Positions 51,401-62,161 of a stretch of DNA of 64,000 nucleotides are shown piece by piece. How positions within the stretch are numbered: position 1 is the stretch's first letter; the number at the start of each line of letters is the position of its first letter. Below the pieces are notes generated by a model. That model saw only the letters and a program-made list of their open reading frames with translations, made no database searches and was not told the DNA's origin. The position numbers and the translations under genes are program-made. This stretch comes from an uncultured Candidatus Rokubacteria bacterium (lineage in GTDB: Bacteria > Methylomirabilota > Methylomirabilia > Rokubacteriales > CSP1-6), in NCBI GenBank assembly GCA_963747235.1, contig CAVVEU010000024.1:768364-832363 (forward strand), written 5' to 3'.

Positions 51401-51718
51401 GCCATCGAAGCGCACACCCTGGGACGCGTCCGCGTCCGGGTGGACGCGGCTCTCGCGGAGCTGATGCCCGGCTTCCTGGAGAACCGGCGGAGGGACGTCG
51501 AGGCGATCGCCGCCGCGCTCGCCCGCGCGGACTACGAGAACATTCGCATCCTGGGCCACAACATGAAGGGATCAGGCGCCGGCTACGGCTTGGACCGGAT
51601 CACGGAGATCGGCGCATCGCTGGAGCAGGCGGCCGGACGCCGGGCGCCCGAAGAGATTCGCGCGCGGGCCGCGGAGCTGGCCCGGTATCTCGACGGTCTC
51701 CAGGTGGACTACGAATAG
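48500..51718 (+). CDS. Hybrid histidine kinase PAS-PAS-PAS-HisKA-HATPase-REC-REC-HPt
   Basis: MSHEIRTPMN, NLIGNAIKFT, DTGIG, GSGLGL, two receiver domains, GHNMKGSG. Confidence 0.95.
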   Translation: MAEHSSASRDGDAGKAEASPEVRREAALLKTGALQDAIFNSANFSSIATDEKGVIQLFNVGAERMLGYTAAEVLNKITPADISDPQEVIARAKALSVELGTPITPGFEALVFKAARGIEDIYELTYIRKDGSRFGAVVSVTALRDAQEAIIGYLLIGTDNTARQQAEEALLQAGALQRAIFNSANFSSIATDEKGVIQIFNVGAERMLGYTAAEVMNKITPADISDPQEVIARAKALSVELGTPITPGFEALVFKASRGIEDIYELTYFRKDGSRFPAVVSVTALRDAQDAIIGYLLIGTDNTARKQVEADQKQLDQRLRDQQFYTRSLIESNIDALMTTDPSGIITDVNKQMEALTGCTRDELIGAPFKNYFTDPELAETGIKRVLSEKKVTNYELTARARDGKETVVSYNATTFYDRDRRLQGVFAAARDVTERKRLDQILQEKNVELESARSAADKANRAKSDFLARMSHEIRTPMNAIIGMADLLWETSLAAEQREYVRIFRKAGSQLLDLINDILDLSKVEAGHLVLESLDFDLGEVLDKTLEMMAIRAHEKGLELALCIAPEIPTTLVGDPARLRQVLINLIGNAIKFTERGEVIVRVERDPENAAPGALRFAVCDTGIGVPEETRELIFAPYAQVDTSTTRKFGGSGLGLAISREVVELMQGRIWAESRIGAGSTFYFTARFGVGSKLPLRALSGLMDLKGVKTLVIDDNTTNRLILREMLSRWGAVVTEADGGEQGLAELRRAQQAAVPYALVLLDCRMPAVDGFQVAEQMHQHPTMARTTILMLTSDNRAGDFARSRDLGVAAYLVKPVKRAELLEAIQQARAGAAALVERAAPGGVLEDARGLRILLAEDSLDNVLLIQSYLNASGCRVDLACNGDVALQMCIAGTYDVVLMDVQMPIMDGYSATRGIRQWEGEHRARPVPILALTAHALPEEVQKSLEAGCTAHLTKPIRKATLLHAIEAHTLGRVRVRVDAALAELMPGFLENRRRDVEAIAAALARADYENIRILGHNMKGSGAGYGLDRITEIGASLEQAAGRRAPEEIRARAAELARYLDGLQVDYE
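48608..49417 (+). repeat. Near-identical tandem PAS duplication, period 426 nt
   Basis: gcgattttcaacagcgc at 48608 and 49034; the two translations are almost identical. Confidence 0.85.
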
Positions 51719-51735
51719 CGGACCCTGGCGCGAGT

Positions 51736-53058
51736 ATGCGCGTACGATTCTGGGGCACCCGGGGGTCGATCGCCACGCCAGGCCCGGGCACCGTCCGTTT
51801 CGGGGGCAACACCTCGTGTGTGAGCGTGACGACGAGCGGGGGCGCCTGCTTCATATTTGACTGCGGGACGGGCGCTCGCCCGCTCGGCGCGGAGCTCATG
51901 GCGCACACCCCACCACCCGTCTCGGCCACGATCCTGCTCAGCCACACGCACTGGGATCACATCCAGGGTTTTCCCTTCTTCGCCCCGCTCTTCGTTCCCG
52001 GGAACCAGATCACGGTCTGCGGGCCGGAAGGCAGCGGCCATTCTCTGCGCGACGTTCTCTCCGGCCAGATGGAGTTCACGTACTTCCCCATCGAGATCGG
52101 CCAGCTTCCGGCGACCATCACCTTCCGAGAGCTCGGAGAAGGCACGCACGAGATCGGCGGCGCGCGGATCGTCGCGCAGTACCTCCATCATCCGGCCATG
52201 ACGCTGGGCTACCGCGTCGAGGCCGACGGCGCGGCGGTGGTGTACCTGTGCGACCACGAGCCCTTCTCCGAAACGCTCTGGCACGAGCACCCCGCGTCCA
52301 GCCACGCCGAGTCCATCGTGCACGCGGGGGACCGGCGCCACGCGCGATTCATGGCCGGCGCGGGCCTGGTGATTCACGATGCGCAGTACACGCCGGAGGA
52401 GTACCTGTCCAAAAAGAATTGGGGCCACAGCACCTACGAGTATGCGGTGGGCCTGGCCGCCGCGGCGGGGGTGCGTCAACTCGCGCTCACCCACCACGAT
52501 CCGACCCACGACGACGCGTTCGTCGAGGCGATCGAGCAGCGCGCCCGCGGGTACGCCGAGCAGCTTGGTTACGCGGGGCGGGTGTGCTGCGCCTACGAGG
52601 GCCTCGAGCTGGCCGTCGAGCCCCACAGCGTCCGGCAACTCGCCGGCCCGCCGCTGCCTCCGCACGCGGCTCGGGACGCCCGGCGCGGGTGCCGCGTCCT
52701 GGTCGTGGACGACGACCCGGACCTCCGGGCTCTCGTGCGCAAGGCCCTGAGCCAGGACGGCCACATCGTAAGCGAAGCCTCCACCGGCCAGGAGGCCCTC
52801 GCGTTGATCGACACGCAGGCCCCCGATCTGCTGGTGCTGGACCTGCTCATGCCGGAGCAAGGCGGCCTGGAGGTGCTCACGGTGCTTCGCTCCAGGTCGG
52901 CGACGGCGGCGCTGCCAGTCCTCGTGTTGACGGCACAGGATGACGAGGGCAATACTCGTGCCGGCTTCGAGCTCGGAGCCAGCGATTACCTGACCAAGCC
53001 CTTCTCGCTCCCGCAGCTCGCGGCGCGCGTGCGTGCCTGTCTCGCGCGCCGCGGATGA
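51736..53058 (+). CDS. MBL-fold (RNase Z-like) metallohydrolase fused to a C-terminal receiver domain
   Basis: FWGTRGSI, GGNTSC, SHTHWDHIQG, WGHST, THHDP; REC VVDDD..LDLLMP..LTKPF. Confidence 0.9.
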   Translation: MRVRFWGTRGSIATPGPGTVRFGGNTSCVSVTTSGGACFIFDCGTGARPLGAELMAHTPPPVSATILLSHTHWDHIQGFPFFAPLFVPGNQITVCGPEGSGHSLRDVLSGQMEFTYFPIEIGQLPATITFRELGEGTHEIGGARIVAQYLHHPAMTLGYRVEADGAAVVYLCDHEPFSETLWHEHPASSHAESIVHAGDRRHARFMAGAGLVIHDAQYTPEEYLSKKNWGHSTYEYAVGLAAAAGVRQLALTHHDPTHDDAFVEAIEQRARGYAEQLGYAGRVCCAYEGLELAVEPHSVRQLAGPPLPPHAARDARRGCRVLVVDDDPDLRALVRKALSQDGHIVSEASTGQEALALIDTQAPDLLVLDLLMPEQGGLEVLTVLRSRSATAALPVLVLTAQDDEGNTRAGFELGASDYLTKPFSLPQLAARVRACLARRG

Positions 53059-53205
53059 GGAATTTTCTGTGATTCGTCGCGTCAACGCGGGACTAGGCCT
53101 GGGCGCAGGGCGGGCTGGTGTTCCGACGGGGCTGTTAGCCTCATCTGTAAGGATGCAGTCGGCTGGAGCAGCAACGCATCCCATCGCATTCCGGAGGACG
53201 CCCCC

Positions 53206-53562
53206 ATGCGTGCACGGCCCGGATCTGGAACAGATGGTTCTCCTGCTACACTCCCTGTCCACAACGTGTCGTGGCCCGTTGTGGTGGAGGCCGGGAAGCG
53301 TTTCTTTCTCCTCCGGGCCGTCAATGTGAGTGGCCGAGGGGCGAAGGTGATTCCGATGGAGCGGCTCGGCGAGGGCAGCGTCGCTCAGCTGCACTTCCAC
53401 CCGCCCGACGGGTCGTCGCTCGATGTCGAAGCGATCGTGTGGCGCGTCGACCGAGATGGGCTGGCCTTCTTCTTCACCGCCGACCATCGGCGACGCCTGG
53501 CCACCCTGCTCGCGCAGGTCGCCGGGGCTCCCCCGGCGTTGGGGGCGTCCACGCTGAACTAG
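53206..53562 (+). CDS. PilZ-like domain protein
   Basis: NVSGRG (D/NxSxxG motif), VEAIVWR...GLAFFF; no clear N-terminal RxxxR. Confidence 0.65.
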   Translation: MRARPGSGTDGSPATLPVHNVSWPVVVEAGKRFFLLRAVNVSGRGAKVIPMERLGEGSVAQLHFHPPDGSSLDVEAIVWRVDRDGLAFFFTADHRRRLATLLAQVAGAPPALGASTLN

Positions 53563-53645
53563 GCAGCATGCCTGTTCGCACGCATGAACCTGGTCTAGGT
53601 AGGGCCGCTCGTGCGGTTGTGGCCGCCATCGCGACGGTCGGACTC

Positions 53646-53790
53646 TTGCATCACGCCAACATCACGGCCGGCTGAAGGCGAGGTATTTTCTGAGCATTCG
53701 CAGCCACCACCTCGTCCATCACCATTGCCCCGATAGGAACTTCGGGTTGACGACGACACTTTGGGATTGGGTCTTCGGAACGCACTACTT
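53646..53790 (+). pseudogene. Remnant of a fatty-acid hydroxylase / sterol desaturase gene
   Basis: RYFLSIRSHHLVHHHCPDRNFGLTTTLWDWVFGT, preceded by LHH...stop. Confidence 0.7.
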
Positions 53791-53857
53791 ATCGGCACGA
53801 GACCTGCGCACGGGCGAAGCGGGCAGCCGAATGAGCCGCGCAGCGGCGCGCCCGAGA

Positions 53858-55195
53858 TTACGTCGTAATACCCTGGGTCAGCGTGTCGATGGTCTTTTTG
53901 AATTTGGGGTCGTCCTGCAGCAGGGTCTGGATCTTGTCGACGGCGTGCAGCACGGTGGTGTGGTCCTTGGCGAAGGCGCGGCCCACCTCGGCCAGTGAGG
54001 CGTGGGTGAGCTGCCGGGCAAGGTACATCGCGATCTGGCGTGGGAAGGCCACCGCTTTCGTGCGGCCCTTGGCGCGCATGTCGGCGAGCCTGAGGCCGAA
54101 GAACGCCGCGGTTTTCTCTTGGATGTGCTCGATGGTGATGGTCTTCTCGTCCTCGCCCCAGAGGCCGGCGAGCACGTCTTGGGCGAGCTCCACGGTCATG
54201 TCGCGGCCGCTGAGTGCGCCGAAGGCGATCAGGCGGGTGAGCGAGCCTTCGATCTCGCGGATGTTGGCTTTGATGCGGCTGGCGATCAGGTAGGCGACGT
54301 CGTCGGGCAGGCGGACTCCCTCGATCTCGGCTCGCTTCTTGAGGATGGCGACGCGGGTGTCGAAGTCGGGCGGCTGGATGTCGGCGATGAGGCCCCACTC
54401 GAAGCGCGAGCGCAGGCGCTCCTCGAGCTCGGGGATCTCCTTCGGGGTGGAATCGGAGGAGACGACGATCTGTTTGCGGGCGTCGTACAGATCATTGAAG
54501 GTGTGGAAGAACTCCTCCTGCGTGCGCTCCTTGCCGGCGATGAACTGGATGTCGTCGATGAGCAGCAGATCGAGGGTGCGATATTTCGCGCGGAACTCCC
54601 CGGTGCGGTCATAGCGGATGGCATTGATGAGCTCGTTGGTGAAGCGCTCCGAGGAGAGATAGAGCAGGCGCAGGGCGGGGGAGCGGCGGCTGATCTCGTG
54701 GCCGACCGCGTGGAGGAGGTGGGTCTTGCCGAGGCCGACGCCTCCGTAGAGGAAGACCGGGTTATACGCCCTCCCGGGCGCCTCGGCGACGGCCTGGCAG
54801 GCCGCCTGCGCGAACTGGTTGGAGGGGCCGACCACGAAGGACTGGAAGGTGTAGCGCGGCGTGAAATCGGGGGACGGGGCGCTGGGGGCGGTCTCGCGCG
54901 ACGGGAGGGCGGCGCGCTCAGGCTCTGGGTCGATCTCGATGGAGACGCGCGGGGTCCCGCCGAGCACCGTGCGGGCGGCGGCCTGGATCGTGTCGACGTG
55001 ATGTTGGCCGACCCAGTCGCGCGTGAAGGCGTTGGGCGCGCCGACGCGGAGGTGGTCGCCGTCCAGCCTGATGAGCCGGCACGGACGCAGCCACGATTCC
55101 AGGGCGGTGTCGGGGACCTGCCCCTCGAGGGCCGCAAGCAGGCGCGCCCACAGCGCGTCAAGCACGAGGCGGCGCCACCGCGCGACGACCGCCAC
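53858..55195 (-). CDS. dnaA: Chromosomal replication initiator DnaA (no dnaN neighbour)
   Basis: YTFQSFVVG.SN, GGVGLGKT, LLIDDIQF, TQEEFFHTFN, RLRSRFEWG, NIREIEG, RQIAMYL, KDHTTV. Confidence 0.95.
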   Translation of the reverse strand: MAVVARWRRLVLDALWARLLAALEGQVPDTALESWLRPCRLIRLDGDHLRVGAPNAFTRDWVGQHHVDTIQAAARTVLGGTPRVSIEIDPEPERAALPSRETAPSAPSPDFTPRYTFQSFVVGPSNQFAQAACQAVAEAPGRAYNPVFLYGGVGLGKTHLLHAVGHEISRRSPALRLLYLSSERFTNELINAIRYDRTGEFRAKYRTLDLLLIDDIQFIAGKERTQEEFFHTFNDLYDARKQIVVSSDSTPKEIPELEERLRSRFEWGLIADIQPPDFDTRVAILKKRAEIEGVRLPDDVAYLIASRIKANIREIEGSLTRLIAFGALSGRDMTVELAQDVLAGLWGEDEKTITIEHIQEKTAAFFGLRLADMRAKGRTKAVAFPRQIAMYLARQLTHASLAEVGRAFAKDHTTVLHAVDKIQTLLQDDPKFKKTIDTLTQGITT

Positions 55196-55331
55196 ATCTC
55201 ATATGAGTCCGCCGTGAACGCACGCGCATCGTCTCGCGCCTCCCAATGGTTCTCCGCCGATACCGTGGAGTGCTGCGCGAGGAGCGCTCGAGGGAGCTGC
55301 GGGCTCACGCAGACGATCCCCCCGAGGGGCC

Positions 55332-55360
55332 ACCGTAGGTGCGCGGCTCCACCGTGTCAA
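55332..55360 (-). promoter_or_regulatory. Sigma70 promoter of dnaA
   Basis: Minus strand TTGACA-N17-TACGGT. Confidence 0.6.
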
Positions 55361-55521
55361 TGCCACGTTTCGACGCCCGACGAGCGGGCTCACGCAGGTG
55401 GCGACCGCGGACCCCGCGTCAATGGCGGACGGCGCGACCGGCTCCTCGCCATCCGTAGGCAGGCCGTCACGTATCTCAGGTCCCGGCTGTCAAGCCGCGC
55501 CAGCGCGTCCACTTTTTGTGT

Positions 55522-55548
55522 TGTGGATGAGTGTGGATACGGGGATAA
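55522..55548. promoter_or_regulatory. Three adjacent DnaA-box-like 9-mers
   Basis: tgtggatga, tgtggatac and cggggataa versus TGTGGATAA (1, 1 and 2 mismatches). Confidence 0.65.
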
Positions 55549-55713
55549 CCGCGAGGCCGCGAGCAAGACACGGAGCCGGGTCCGGACCCGCACGGTCCGA
55601 CGGAGGGTCGGACAGAAGTAAAGCTAGACGCCAAGGGTGGACGGGTGCAAACCCTGATTTTCCTGAGCGGTGCTCGATCGCCGGGCCGGGACCGTGGGGG
55701 AGAGAGTATATTC

Positions 55714-55838
55714 AACGCAGGCGGTCAGTGGTCGGACCCGGAGGTGCGGTGGACGGTAACCTCATCACCTAGCGAAAGCCGGACGACCTGCCGGCGTTCT
55801 GCCGGGAGATCATCCGCGCGCTGGCCAAGACCGCGTAG
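55714..55838 (+). pseudogene. C-terminal remnant of a PfpI/DJ-1 family gene
   Basis: NAGGQWSDPEV/VDGNLIT/RKPDDLPAFCREIIRALAK with indels. Confidence 0.7.
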
Positions 55839-56086
55839 TCCTCTGGTGCCCACGCCGCGACTGTCCCTCCTCCTCCCTGGGCGCAGGGGAGGGGGAGGGC
55901 GAAGGCTCATCACATCATCTTAACGATGTCGCGACGGTCGTCCTTGATGCAGGCCACTCGTTGAACGTGCGAGGTAGGTCCCCAGAACAGGTCGTAGTGG
56001 ACTTTGGTCCACTATCCAGGCCGGAGCGTGCCTCGCTACACTCGACGCCGAACTCACATATTTCCCGGAGGGCCAGGAGGCATCTC

Positions 56087-56452
56087 ATGCAAGCGCTGCG
56101 CGCATCGCTCAAGCCAGGGATCTGGGGTGTAGTCATCGGCAGCATTCTCACCATGATCGTGGGGTTCAGCTGGGGAGGCTGGACGACGAGCAGCACGGCA
56201 CGCCAACAGGCGATGATACAGGCCGATACCGCGGTCACCACGGCGCTGGTACCGATCTGTCTCGCCGGGAAGAGAGCGGATGTGGCCTACGCCAAGAAGC
56301 TCGGCGAGCTCACGGCCATCACGTCGTCCTACGAACAGACCGAATTCGTGATGAAGACCGGATGGGCGACGTTCCCCGGGCAGGCGGACCCCAATCGAGC
56401 GGTGGCAGAGGCCTGCGCCTCCGCACTCCTCAAGACCGCCGCGGCGAAGTAG
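56087..56452 (+). CDS. Hypothetical membrane-anchored protein
   Basis: AGGAGG RBS; TMIVGFSWGGW..ALVPIC...GWATFPG...VAEACA. Confidence 0.75.
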   Translation: MQALRASLKPGIWGVVIGSILTMIVGFSWGGWTTSSTARQQAMIQADTAVTTALVPICLAGKRADVAYAKKLGELTAITSSYEQTEFVMKTGWATFPGQADPNRAVAEACASALLKTAAAK

Positions 56453-56602
56453 CGCCTCGGATCTCCGCTCGCCCGCGATGGCACAGCCTCGCGGGCGGGC
56501 GAACTGCCAGCTCGTTCGCGGCAACGTTGCGGTGACAAGGCACCCCGCTGATCGGGATCACCCACCAAGTTCTACCCCTTACCATCAGGAGGCGCGAGAA
56601 CC

Positions 56603-56891
56603 ATGAAGATTCGTCCATTACATGACCGCATCCTCGTCAAACGCGAGGAGGAGAAGGAAGTGCAAGAAGGGCGGCATCATCATTCCGGATACCGCGAAGG
56701 AGAAGCCCCAGGAGGGCAAGGTCATCGCGGTGGGCAACGGGAGGGTGAACGAGGACGGCAAGAAGATCGCGCTGGACGTGAAGGCCCACGATCGCATCCT
56801 CTTCGGCAAGTACTCGGGCTCCGAGGTGAAGGTCGACGACCAGGAGTACCTGATCATGAAGGAAGAGGACGTGCTCGCGATCATCGAGTAG
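56603..56891 (+). CDS. groES: Co-chaperonin GroES (1-nt insertion near 56663)
   Basis: [14 protein letters not shown] / [16 protein letters not shown]...LFGKYSGSE. Confidence 0.93.
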
Positions 56892-56967
56892 GCAGAGCCG
56901 CACGCCACCAACCCGACCGGGCCCGACGGCCGGTCCATTCGATCGTACGATCGAGGAGGAGCACCAG

Positions 56968-58587
<1,620 letters not shown>

Positions 58588-58612
58588 GTCCGGGCACTCG
58601 GATCCAGGCAGT

Positions 58613-58642
58613 GCGGCCCTTGCCGGCAACGGCAGGGGCCGT
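58613..58642 (+). terminator. GC-rich hairpin after groEL
   Basis: gcggcccttgccg-gcaa-cggcaggggccgt; weak U-tract. Confidence 0.55.
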
Positions 58643-58798
58643 GCGTTGTCCGGGGATCAGAAGCTCGAGATCCGGTCCGGACGCCGACGGAGCACCGGGG
58701 GAAGGCGGGAGCGTCGTAGTGTGACTACTGGCGGCAGCGCTGATGGCGCGTCCCGCCAATTAAGAGGTAGGTGGGCGCGGCGAACAAGGAGGTGCGAC

Positions 58799-58948
58799 AT
58801 GCCCAAGGTTTTGGTGTGCGTCTTCTGCTCCGAGGAGATCGAGGAAAAGGAGAAGTGGCTCGACGTGCCCGGCAGAATGAACGAACTAGCTCATTTGAAA
58901 TGCTGGAAAGAGAGCAATCGTCCCGAGGTCCGGAGTCGTAGCACCTAG
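58799..58948 (+). CDS. Small CxxC...HxxC zinc-finger-like protein (49 aa)
   Basis: AGGAGGT RBS; CVFC...HLKCW. Confidence 0.65.
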   Translation: MPKVLVCVFCSEEIEEKEKWLDVPGRMNELAHLKCWKESNRPEVRSRST

Positions 58949-59020
58949 ATTGGGTTCCCCTTACGCGAACCGGCCAGGCCCGCGCGGTGCGGTCGAATCG
59001 ACGCAACATTGGGAGTAGAT

Positions 59021-59054
59021 CACCTAGACTAAGAACCTAGGCACCTAGACTAAG
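59021..59054 (+). repeat. 13-bp direct repeat CACCTAGACTAAG, period 21
   Basis: 59021-59033 and 59042-59054 identical, with an extra ACCTAG between them. Confidence 0.75.
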
Positions 59055-59215
59055 GTCCAACTGGGCAGGGCCGGGCGGGCCAAGTACTCTCTACGTGCCT
59101 TCTGCGGGCTCTCTGGGGTTGGCGCACGTTGGCGCCGGAACCTGTGGCATCTGGCTTGATCCCCCGCTCCACAATGCGCGCTGCTGTTGCAGGCGGGCGT
59201 GTCGAGGATGCCAAG

Positions 59216-59557
59216 ATGCCTGACGAGTCCATTCTGCGTCGGCCGGAACAAGCGGCCTCAGTGACTTTCGCGGCCTCCGACGATGAACGGAGACGGCAGA
59301 TACGCGCCTGGTTGTCCGATGGCCGTTTGGGCTCTGTCGATGGCGTGTCCAAGTCCCATCGAGGGACCGGCCGACCTTGCATCGTCTGCCGCCGCACGAT
59401 AGAGCCTACCGACGTCGAGCGCGAAGTGGAAGGCCCAGGGATGTTCTTTCACGCGCATGAGGCGTGCTACAAGCCCTGGCGCGAGGAGTCAGTTGCACGC
59501 CGTGCAGCCACCGGACGTGAACTAGGACGGGAGCGAGCCCGAAGGAGTAGCCTCTAG
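59216..59557 (+). CDS. Small CxxC...HxxC zinc-finger-like protein
   Basis: GTGRPCIVC..TI...EREV...HEACY..W; upstream TGGCAT-CTGGC-TTGA at 59145. Confidence 0.65.
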   Translation: MPDESILRRPEQAASVTFAASDDERRRQIRAWLSDGRLGSVDGVSKSHRGTGRPCIVCRRTIEPTDVEREVEGPGMFFHAHEACYKPWREESVARRAATGRELGRERARRSSL

Positions 59558-59634
59558 AGGCTCAGTGACTACTAGCTTCTATAGCTCGACCCTTTGCGTC
59601 AGAACAGTAGCGCAGGAGAACGTAGGAGGTGGCT

Positions 59635-60159
59635 ATGGAGATCGACCCACGCATGCGCTTGCCTTTCCATGATCCTGATGAAACCGAGCAGTCATACGTT
59701 GGCGCGGCCGAGCCTTCCGGCGATGCGCAGCTACGGCATCTGCAGCGAGTTCCGCTCTTCAGCGGGTTCAACGAGGACGAGCTTCGCCGGGTCGCCGAAC
59801 ATTCGAGGATCGTCGACGCTCAGGCGGGAACTGTGATCACTCAGATAGGCGACGCGGGTGATTCATTCTTCATCATCATCGACGGCACGGCGGCAGTGCG
59901 GACTCCGGTCGGCGCTGGTAGCCAGTTACAGCCAGGGGATTGTTTTGGCGAGATGAGCCTGGTGGATGGGGAGCCCCGATCCGCGACGATCGTGGCGACA
60001 ACCGATCTCCGTCTGCTCGTCGTGGATCGCTCCCATTTTTGGCGACTGCTGGATGAGACCCCGGAGCTGATCCGGCGGATCCTCACGATCTTGTCGCGTC
60101 GCGTGCGACGCCTGGAGCAGACTATACGCGCGATACTTCAGGGCCCGAATCCGACCTAA
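59635..60159 (+). CDS. Stand-alone cyclic nucleotide-binding domain protein
   Basis: LQRVPLFS, GDAGDSFFII, GDCFGEMSL..EPRSATIVA. Confidence 0.9.
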   Translation: MEIDPRMRLPFHDPDETEQSYVGAAEPSGDAQLRHLQRVPLFSGFNEDELRRVAEHSRIVDAQAGTVITQIGDAGDSFFIIIDGTAAVRTPVGAGSQLQPGDCFGEMSLVDGEPRSATIVATTDLRLLVVDRSHFWRLLDETPELIRRILTILSRRVRRLEQTIRAILQGPNPT

Positions 60160-61291
60160 CGTGGGCCGAGGCCGTGGGACGGCGCGCCAACATCCGCTCG
60201 GCAAGGGTGCCAAACCAGCCGACCAGTCGCTTCTGCTCTTTGACTTTGTCTACGACGGCCTGTGTTTAGCGTCCCCGGCCGGAAGGGGGACGCCGGTTTA
60301 GTGGCAAGCACCGTGTTGTACGCGTTGCCAAAAACGAACCCCTTCGAGGTGCGCCAAATGATCCACTCCAATTCCACGAATGTCCGCATCTTGAGCCGGT
60401 ACTTCCACAAGAGCATGTGACGAATGAAGTTCCAAGTGAGGCCCCACAGGCCCAGAACGGAAGTCGCCGATAGCGGATCGGGTCGAATCCGAGTCCGCGC
60501 GCCTTGTAGACGAGAAGATTGGAGCCGAGGAAATTGTAGCGCCAGTTGTCGAAGAATGCGGTGACGCTGCGGAAGTCCTTCTCACGGCGACAATGATCCA
60601 GGGACCCTGGTGAGCGGATCAGCAGGCGTCCTCCCGGTTTGAGCATGCGCCAGCAGCCCGCCAACCACGCGTCCACGTCCTTGGTGTAGCCGATCGATTC
60701 GAGGGCATAGATGGCGTCAAAACTCTCGCTCGGGAGATCGAGAGTGTCGAAGTCGGTGACGATCACGTGCCCGCGCCCGCCAAACGTCGCAAGTGTCCGG
60801 CGGCAGATGTCCGCTTGCACTGAGGAATTGGTCACGCACACGATCTCGATGTTGTACCGGCTGGCGAGGTAGTAGGCCGCCGCGCCCGATCCACAGCCGA
60901 GTTCCAGCAATCGCATCCCGTCCCGCGGCTTGAGAAGAACGCATTCGGCTTCGTAAGGATGCGTGAATGGCGTACGGGGGAACACGCACGTGCTGTAGTT
61001 CGCATCCTTGTTGCGATATGGGCCGAAGACGTGGTGTTCGTAGGTGCGATTCTCATCATCATGCTTGAGAAAGTCGTCCATGCGCGGGGTCCACTCGACC
61101 AGCTGACGCTCCTCGAATTCGTTCAATTGGTGGCCGATATTATTGCGTCCTTCGGATGCGTGACAAGGAAAAACAGGACGTAGTGAAGAAGGTTGTATGC
61201 CGCGAAGACAGCGGCGAAGAGCGGCGCTACGAATAGGAGTATCGAAGCAGGGATCTCCACGATCTGCTCCCTGGAACCGGGGACGGGCCAT
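60156..61291 (-). CDS. SAM-dependent methyltransferase (cyclopropane synthase / sterol methyltransferase-like), frameshifted
   Basis: LLELGCGSG, VTNSSVQA, FDAIYALES, LKPGG; C-terminus in ORF 60156-60416; 5' end uncertain. Confidence 0.75.
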
Positions 61292-61540
61292 CGGGATGGT
61301 GCCAGTCGTTGCTCGTCATTTTAGACATTGTTCCCGGGATCAGAGGGTTTGCGCGAACAGGCAAACCTGCCTCATTGCCAAGTATCCGTATGGAATACCC
61401 TAATAGTCCCTTTAAAGATCAAGCAACGAGATTGGTGGTCGATCTATCGTAGCCGCGGTCGAGCCGAATCTGCCGCTCACCAATGTCCGCTCTGCAAGCC
61501 TGGGCTTTCTGGCGCGGCCGTGCCCCCGCGGGCTCTTACG

Positions 61541-61906
61541 TCATTTGCTCAAGAGCACACGTACCATGTGTCGAACAACGTCCAGGCTAAACGGCTTCTC
61601 CAACATCGGCTCAGTTGTCCCTCGGAGAAAGGCGGCGTACTCCCCGCCTCCCACGTTGCCTGTCATGAAGATCACGCGGGGAATAGCGGGGGGCGCGATG
61701 GTCCGAAGGGACCCATAGAGGGATGGGCCGTCGAGGCCGGGCATATTTCGGTCACTGAGGATGAGGTCATAGTGGTTTTGGTTGAGCAGTGCCAAGGCGT
61801 CAATCCCGTTGCTGGCCGTATCTACTACACGTCCCTCTTGGCTCAGAATGGCCGCGAGCAAATCTCTGAGGTTGTCGTCATCATCGACGACCAAGATGCG
61901 CTTCAT
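61541..61906 (-). CDS. Single-domain response regulator
   Basis: ILVVDDD, LSDRNMP, FMTG, LEKPF. Confidence 0.88.
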   Translation of the reverse strand: MKRILVVDDDDNLRDLLAAILSQEGRVVDTASNGIDALALLNQNHYDLILSDRNMPGLDGPSLYGSLRTIAPPAIPRVIFMTGNVGGGEYAAFLRGTTEPMLEKPFSLDVVRHMVRVLLSK

Positions 61907-61981
61907 ATTAGTAGCCGCGTGGCTCATCTCGGGCACGGAGGGTCGAATGATCGTTCATGGCGGCGCCTCGTTTCCTGTGAG

Positions 61982-61996
61982 GCAAAGGCCGTGCCG
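61982..61996 (-). promoter_or_regulatory. Sigma54 promoter
   Basis: Minus strand CGGCAC-GGCCT-TTGC upstream of the REC gene. Confidence 0.7.
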
Positions 61997-62161
61997 AACT
62001 GAAACCGAACTGAAACCACTGGAATACCTGACGATCCGGCTCCCCAATGGGCAGGGAATGGTTCAGGCGGGGTCGGTAGGGCTTACCCAGAGGCATATCC
62101 TTCCCGGCCATTCGGAGTCACCGCCGTGCAAGGTGAGCTGAATGCGCGGCGAGCGGCGGGG

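Noticed and set aside
47342-51559. 1405-aa antisense ORF and similar long shadow ORFs (56983-58629, 14723-16804)
   Set aside because: Stop-poor antisense frames of high-GC genes, with no recognisable motifs
56479-56600. CIRCE or sigma54 site before groES
   Set aside because: No TTAGCACTC-N9-GAGTGCTAA; TGGCAC...GC spacing is N9, not N10
5522-56891. Many frameshifts (paaI, coxL, coxM, hcrA/B, boxB/C, ligase, groES) read as programmed frameshifting or mass pseudogenisation
   Set aside because: They are isolated single-base indels with no in-frame stops, no codon decay and no slippery motifs, and they hit conserved genes; most consistent with long-read error
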